A stretch of DNA of 64,000 nucleotides from Candidatus Limnocylindrales bacterium. GTDB taxonomy: Bacteria; Chloroflexota; Limnocylindria; Limnocylindrales; CSP1-4. Where the stretch lies: positions 299 to 64,298 of the forward strand of contig DASSPX010000132.1 in NCBI GenBank assembly GCA_035699445.1, given 5' to 3'. Below the pieces are notes generated by a model. It had not been told where the DNA came from and did no database searches. It saw only the letters and a program-made list of their open reading frames with translations. Shown piece after piece: positions 59,585-64,000 of this stretch. Every line of letters starts with the position of its first letter. Within the stretch, counting starts at the first letter, position 1. The position numbers and the translations under genes were made by a program.

Positions 59585-60583
59585 TCAGGACGAGGGCGCC
59601 CGCTCCGGGTGAGTCACGGACGCCGGTCGCGGGCCGGCGACCCGCTCGCGGGCCGGGGCAGCCGCCGGCTGAGGCGCGGGCAGCCGGCCGCGGGCCCTGA
59701 CGATGAGCGCCACCGCGACCACGATCACCGCCGCCGCCACGACCGTCCGGGGCGTGATCGGCTCGGCGAGGAACAGGGCGCCGAGGATCACCGCCACGAT
59801 CGGGTTCACGTACGTGTACGTGGACACGCGCGACAGCGGGGCGTGGCGGATGAGCCACGCGTAGGTCGTGTAGCCGACCAGGCTGCCGATGAGCGCGAGG
59901 TACGCGAAGGCGATGAGGGACCGCGCCGAGACGGTCGCCGGGTCGAACGTCGCCGCCTCGCCGTTCACGAGGGCGACGACGGCCGCGACGAGACCACCGC
60001 CGATCATCTGGTACGCCGTCGCGAGCAGCGGCGGGTTGGGAAGTGACGCTCGACGGGCGGAGTAGAGGGAGCCGAGCGACCAGCCGATCGGCGCGATGAC
60101 GATTGCAGCCAGCCCGAAGGGATCGAGCGACCCGGTCCCGCCCGTGGGCCAGGCGAGGATGGCCACGCCCAGGATGCCGATGACGATGCCGAGGATGACG
60201 GTGCGCGGCAGGCGATCGCCGAGGAGCGCCCGGCCGAACACGGCGAGCCAGGCGGGCATCAACGCGACGAGCACCGCCGCGATCCCCGACGGCACCGTCT
60301 GCTCGCCGACGCCGACGAGCGCGTTCCCCACCGCGACGAGGCCGGTGCCGACGATCAGGCTGTCCACCAGCTGGCGTCGCGTCGGGCGGGCGATCGCGCC
60401 ACGCTCCCGGACGAACACGATCGCGGCCAGCAGCACGCCCGCGGCGAGGAACCGGATCGCGACCATGACATACGGCGGGATCGTCTCGATCACGACCGCG
60501 ATGCCGAGGTACGTCGTGCCCCAGACGATGTAGAGCGTGATCATCCCCGCCCAGATGGCGAGGGAGCTGGGGCCGGGACGCAT
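59585..60583 (-). CDS. EamA/DMT-family transporter
   Basis: 332 aa, 10-TM pattern. LYIVWGTTYLGIAV. AAGGAG precedes the ATG. Confidence 0.9.
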   Translation of the reverse strand: MRPGPSSLAIWAGMITLYIVWGTTYLGIAVVIETIPPYVMVAIRFLAAGVLLAAIVFVRERGAIARPTRRQLVDSLIVGTGLVAVGNALVGVGEQTVPSGIAAVLVALMPAWLAVFGRALLGDRLPRTVILGIVIGILGVAILAWPTGGTGSLDPFGLAAIVIAPIGWSLGSLYSARRASLPNPPLLATAYQMIGGGLVAAVVALVNGEAATFDPATVSARSLIAFAYLALIGSLVGYTTYAWLIRHAPLSRVSTYTYVNPIVAVILGALFLAEPITPRTVVAAAVIVVAVALIVRARGRLPAPQPAAAPARERVAGPRPASVTHPERAPSS

Positions 60584-60603
60584 AGGAGCTCCTTGGATCA
60601 GTC

Positions 60604-60658
60604 GGCTAGGCCAAGTTTGCCCGATGGTACCGGACGATGCGCTAGCTGGCTAGGCCAA
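60604..60658. repeat. Two copies of GGCTAGGCCAA, 44 bp apart, in the relatively AT-rich EamA upstream region
   Basis: Exact 11-mers at 60604-60614 and 60648-60658. Confidence 0.5.
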
Positions 60659-60712
60659 ATCCGCGGAAATTGGCCGGATTCGAGCCGTGACGGGTGCGGC
60701 GGGTGCGCCGGG

Positions 60713-61522
60713 TCAGGCGGCAAGGGCGAGGGCTGTCGGCCGGCACACCTTGCACGGCCGGTAGCCCGATGCCAGCGCGTCGGCGAGCGACCGGAACGGC
60801 CGCCGATGCTTCGCCAGCATCCGTCGCCCGGTGCGGCACGTCGGCCAGCACACGATCCGGGTCGTGGCTGATCCGACGAGTCGCTCGCCGCGACGGGCAG
60901 CCGCCTCGAGCGCGCCCGGGTCGAGGCCCTCGGCGGCGAGGATCGTGCGCTTGTTCTCCGGCCCGCCCAGCGAGTACTGGCCGATCGTGCCGTCGGTGCG
61001 GACGACCCGGTGACAGGGAACGATCAGCGGCACCGGGTTGTGCCCCAGGGCCGTCCCGACCGCCCGGACGGCCTTCGGCCGGCCGATCTCCGCCGCGACC
61101 CAGCCGTACGGCCGGACCTCGCCGCGTGGGATCTCGAGCGCCTTGAGCCAGACCGCCTGCTCGAACTCGGTGTGGCCGCGCAGGTCGAGCGGAACCCTCG
61201 CGCGGCGGTCGCCTGCCAGCCGGCGCTCGATGGCCAGCCGCAGCGCATCGGGCAGGGCACCGGGGCCGGCCGGCCGGCCGGTGCGGGCGGCATGCCGGGC
61301 GGCGAACGCCTCGGCCGACGGCGCCGCCTCCACGGCAGCCACGCCACGCCCGTTCCAGGCGACCCACAGCCGGCCGATCGGCGACTCGATGGCCGCGAAC
61401 TGGTCGTGGAGCCCGACCTCGACGAGCACGCGCTCGGCGAGCCCGGCCGGCGCCGGGGCGCGGAGCCGTGCCAGCGCGCCGGGCCGGTCGTCGGTGAGCG
61501 AGGCGAGGATGGAGGGGGTCAT
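60713..61522 (-). CDS. Methylated-DNA-protein-cysteine methyltransferase (MGMT/Ogt) fused to a C-terminal Ada-type zinc-binding domain
   Basis: The ATG at 61522 overlaps the sigma-factor stop (ATGA). MGMT N-domain ESPIGRLWVAWNGRGV. Active site NPVPLIVPCHRVV. C-terminus TTRIVCWPTCRTG...FRSLADALASGYRPCKVCRP matches the Ada N-terminal Zn (Cys4) domain pattern. Confidence 0.85.
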   Translation of the reverse strand: MTPSILASLTDDRPGALARLRAPAPAGLAERVLVEVGLHDQFAAIESPIGRLWVAWNGRGVAAVEAAPSAEAFAARHAARTGRPAGPGALPDALRLAIERRLAGDRRARVPLDLRGHTEFEQAVWLKALEIPRGEVRPYGWVAAEIGRPKAVRAVGTALGHNPVPLIVPCHRVVRTDGTIGQYSLGGPENKRTILAAEGLDPGALEAAARRGERLVGSATTRIVCWPTCRTGRRMLAKHRRPFRSLADALASGYRPCKVCRPTALALAA

Positions 61523-62097
61523 GCGATGCGCTCCTCGAGCTCCGCGGCGCTGAGCGCCGTCCGGAGCATCGCCAGGCCACGGTGGACCTGGGCCTTGATG
61601 GTTCCCTCGGGGCGGCCGAGCACCTCGACGAGCTCGGCGTACGACAGCTCGTCGACATGCCGGAGGACGACCGGCAGCCGGTACCGCTCGGGCAGTGCCA
61701 GGACCGCGCGTGCAAGCCGGTCCTGCTCGGTCCGCCGCGCCGCGAGCGCGTGCGGATCCGTGCCCGGGCCGGCCGCGGGCTCGCGACCGGTCTCGACGAG
61801 CGGCTCGAGCGGCTTCGGCTCGATCCGCCGGCCGCGCAGCCGGTTGCGGCTCAGGTTCGCGACGATCGTCGCCAGCCAGCCGCGTACCTGGAGGGCCTGG
61901 ATTCGATCCGGCTCGTACCGCTCGAGGGCCCGATAGGCTCGCACGAGGGCGTCCTGCGCGACCTCCTCGGCCTCGCGCGGATCGCCCAGCATCCGGAGCG
62001 CGATCGCGTAGCAGCGATCGAGATGACCCCGCACCAGCGCCTCGAACGAGCCGTCGAGATCGTGGGCGAGCCGTCGCGCGAGTTCCGTGTCGTCCAT
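61519..62097 (-). CDS. ECF-type sigma-70 family sigma factor
   Basis: ATG 62097, 192 aa. Region 2 EEVAQDALVRAYRAL...RGWLATIVANLSRNRLR. Region 4 LSYAELVEVLGRPEGTIKAQVHRGLAMLR. Confidence 0.85.
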   Translation of the reverse strand: MDDTELARRLAHDLDGSFEALVRGHLDRCYAIALRMLGDPREAEEVAQDALVRAYRALERYEPDRIQALQVRGWLATIVANLSRNRLRGRRIEPKPLEPLVETGREPAAGPGTDPHALAARRTEQDRLARAVLALPERYRLPVVLRHVDELSYAELVEVLGRPEGTIKAQVHRGLAMLRTALSAAELEERIA

Positions 62098-62219
62098 CAA
62101 CCGGGGAACACCTTCCGGCTGCCGACCGTTGCATCGCCTCCCGGTCGTCGCCGCGGTGCCACCGTAGCGCACCCGGGCAAGGGTCCCGGCATCCCGATCG
62201 GCGCATGTACGATCGCGAC

Positions 62220-63230
62220 ATGTCGGTGGACGAGCGGTTCGAGGATCTCGTCGCGTCGCTGGGCGGCTTCTACCGGACCTGGTTCATCCACGTCGGGCTC
62301 GAGACCGGCCTCCTGCGGGCGCTCGACGACGCGGGCGACGCGGGCCTCACGGTCGACGAGCTGGCCGCCCGGACGGGAACCGATGGACGCGTCGTCGGGG
62401 AGTGGGCCTGGGGCGCGGAGGCGCACGGGCTCGTGGAGCGGGACGACGGCCGGTTGCGGCGGATCGCCGAGCTCGCCCCGGTGCTCCTCGAGCCGGATCG
62501 TCCCGAATACCTCGGCGGCCAGTTCGAGCTGGCGGCGATCGCGAGCCTCGATTACGCGGGTCTCGCCGACTTCGTGCGCACCGGCCGCCCGATCGAGGCG
62601 CGGCCGGACCGCTACCGCCGGGCGATCGAGCGCCTGACCGTCCAGGACATCGCGGTGTTCTTCAGCGAGGTCCTGGCGGCGCTCCCGCAGCTCGTGGCCG
62701 ACCTTCGGCCGGGCTCGCGGATCCTCGACGTCCACTGCGGTGGAGGCCGCTGGCTGATCGCCATGGCCCGTCGCTTCCCGGGCACGGAGCTGACGGGCGT
62801 GGAGTTCGAGGCGGACTCCGTGGAGCGGGCCCGGAGCAACGTCGCCGAGGCGGGCCTGACCGACCGGATCACGATCGAGCACCGCGAGCCGACGCAGATC
62901 GAGCCCTCCGGTTCGATCGACCTGGCCTACTTCCAGTACGCGCTCCACCAGCTCCCGGACGCGCCGGCGGCGCTGCGCAGCGCCTGGGGGGCGCTGCGCC
63001 CGGGTGGCCGCCTGATCGTGCTCGACTGGTACCTGCCCACCGACCCGGAGGCGTTCCGCTCACGCCACGGCGAGCTGATCGCCGGCGTGCACCTCGACGA
63101 GCTCTACGGCGGAATGGGTCTGGTGACCGAGCAGGAAGCGGCGGGCTGGTTCGATGTGGCCGGGATCGGCGAGCGTGCGGTGATCGACCTGCCGTCGGGC
63201 GCGACCGCGATCGTCGCCGAGCGCGTCTGA
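62220..63230 (+). CDS. SAM-dependent methyltransferase with N-terminal winged-helix (O-methyltransferase-like architecture)
   Basis: MSVDERFEDLVASLGGFY...LTVDELAARTG..., motif I ILDVHCGGGRW, post-I LTGVEFEADSV. An alternative ATG is at 62205. Confidence 0.8.
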   Translation: MSVDERFEDLVASLGGFYRTWFIHVGLETGLLRALDDAGDAGLTVDELAARTGTDGRVVGEWAWGAEAHGLVERDDGRLRRIAELAPVLLEPDRPEYLGGQFELAAIASLDYAGLADFVRTGRPIEARPDRYRRAIERLTVQDIAVFFSEVLAALPQLVADLRPGSRILDVHCGGGRWLIAMARRFPGTELTGVEFEADSVERARSNVAEAGLTDRITIEHREPTQIEPSGSIDLAYFQYALHQLPDAPAALRSAWGALRPGGRLIVLDWYLPTDPEAFRSRHGELIAGVHLDELYGGMGLVTEQEAAGWFDVAGIGERAVIDLPSGATAIVAERV

Positions 63231-63241
63231 CCCGACCGGCG

Positions 63242-63673
63242 TCAGCCGACCTCGACCGTCCCCTTCATGTTCGGGTGGAGGGCGCAGTGGTAGGCGTACG
63301 TCCCGGGCGCGTTGAAGCGGAGGGTGCCCGCCTCGCCCCGGCCGAACTGGCCGGTGTCGCATGAGCCATCGTCGAGGGTCACGGTGTGCGGCGCGGAGTC
63401 GGCGTTCGTCCAGGTGATCGCGTCACCCACGGACGCGGTCACCGGATCGGGCGAGAACGCGAACTCGGCCGCCTGGGCCTGGACGGTGCCGGCCTCCTCG
63501 ACGACCTCGCATGCCGCGCCGCCTGCGCCCTCGGACGCCGGGGGCGCCTCGCTGGCCGGCGCCTGGCTTGCCGGGGCTTCGCTGACCGGAGCAGCCGTGG
63601 CGCCGGTGCCGCCGCAGGCCGCGAGCGCGAGCGTGAGCATGACGCCGACTGCGGCGGTGGTGAGCGTTCGCAT
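63242..63673 (-). CDS. Cupredoxin (amicyanin/pseudoazurin-like blue copper) lipoprotein
   Basis: ATG 63673 is preceded by GGAGG. Lipobox LTLALAACG. Type-1 Cu ligands: APHTV...YHCALHPNM. Confidence 0.85.
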   Translation of the reverse strand: MRTLTTAAVGVMLTLALAACGGTGATAAPVSEAPASQAPASEAPPASEGAGGAACEVVEEAGTVQAQAAEFAFSPDPVTASVGDAITWTNADSAPHTVTLDDGSCDTGQFGRGEAGTLRFNAPGTYAYHCALHPNMKGTVEVG

Positions 63674-63847
63674 TGGCGAAACCTCCTGTGGGACGGCCCC
63701 GGGCCGATCTCGCAGCGGTCGCCGGGTTCGCTTCGAGTCGTCGCGATCCCGACCGCGTCCGTGGGCGCCATGGTGCGCCGTGCGTTCGTGCGACCATACG
63801 CCGCGCGTCGGACCGGTGGTTTTTGGGCCGGCGGCTGGAGTGTCCGG

Positions 63848-64000
63848 GTGTCCACGTCGATCGAGCTTCCCATCGCCGTCGTCCGCGCCCTCGAGCGGCA
63901 CGAGACCCAGGCGCACGCGATCGGCGGGCGCGAGCTGGTCGATCAGGGCGACGCGCTCGTCCTCATCGACCCGGCCGATCCCGACCCGTTCTGGAACCGC
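63848..64000 (+). CDS. 5' end of a gene running off the right edge (possibly GNAT-like; unassigned)
   Basis: GTG 63848 follows GGAG. Reads VSTSIELPIAVVRALERHETQAHAIGGRELVDQGDALVLIDPADPDPFWNR with high GC3. Too short to classify. Confidence 0.3.
   Translation, partial: MSTSIELPIAVVRALERHETQAHAIGGRELVDQGDALVLIDPADPDPFWNR

Overview
Very GC-rich bacterial chromosomal segment. Third codon positions are almost all G/C, so most long Arg/Pro/Ala-rich ORFs in the six-frame track are antisense or off-frame shadows. I call about 55 protein genes and two tRNAs (Glu-CUC, Arg-UCU). I see no rRNA, CRISPR/cas, transposase or integrase. Layout left to right: (1) plsY; a 2-oxoacid dehydrogenase operon (lpd, E1alpha, E1beta, E2) followed by a small membrane protein and lipA; two tandem paralogous anchored proteins of unknown family; an adenosine-deaminase-family gene; an acyl-CoA dehydrogenase; an S8 protease. 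(2) A 13.5-kb nine-gene minus-strand operon (31789 to 18328): an 827-aa membrane protein, an ABC-2 exporter, a Gly-Gln low-complexity coiled-coil membrane protein, MoxR, DUF58 and two BatA-N/vWA proteins. (3) DUF1015; an alpha/beta-hydrolase with its nucleophile Ser replaced by Gly; tRNA-Glu with an adjacent aldehyde-dehydrogenase relic; a zinc-ribbon/class III cyclase/STAND-ATPase/TPR gene split in two; DUF4132; a methyltransferase. (4) A DUF1611 plus enolase-superfamily epimerase pair (DgcN/DgcA-like); a TPM-PspA cluster; an orphan DNA methyltransferase; an Aap-type amino-acid ABC importer. (5) tRNA-Arg followed by an excisionase-like HTH gene and a phased 50-bp repeat array; an aminotransferase/acyl-CoA dehydrogenase divergon; EamA; an ECF sigma factor translationally coupled to an MGMT protein with a C-terminal Ada-type zinc domain; a methyltransferase; a cupredoxin lipoprotein. 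Best candidates for undescribed biology: the nine-gene operon, the tandem WxPGxYR-module paralogues, the ECF-sigma/MGMT-AdaZn pair, and the tRNA-Arg/Xis/50-bp array locus. All family calls come from reading motifs by eye. No database search was run.
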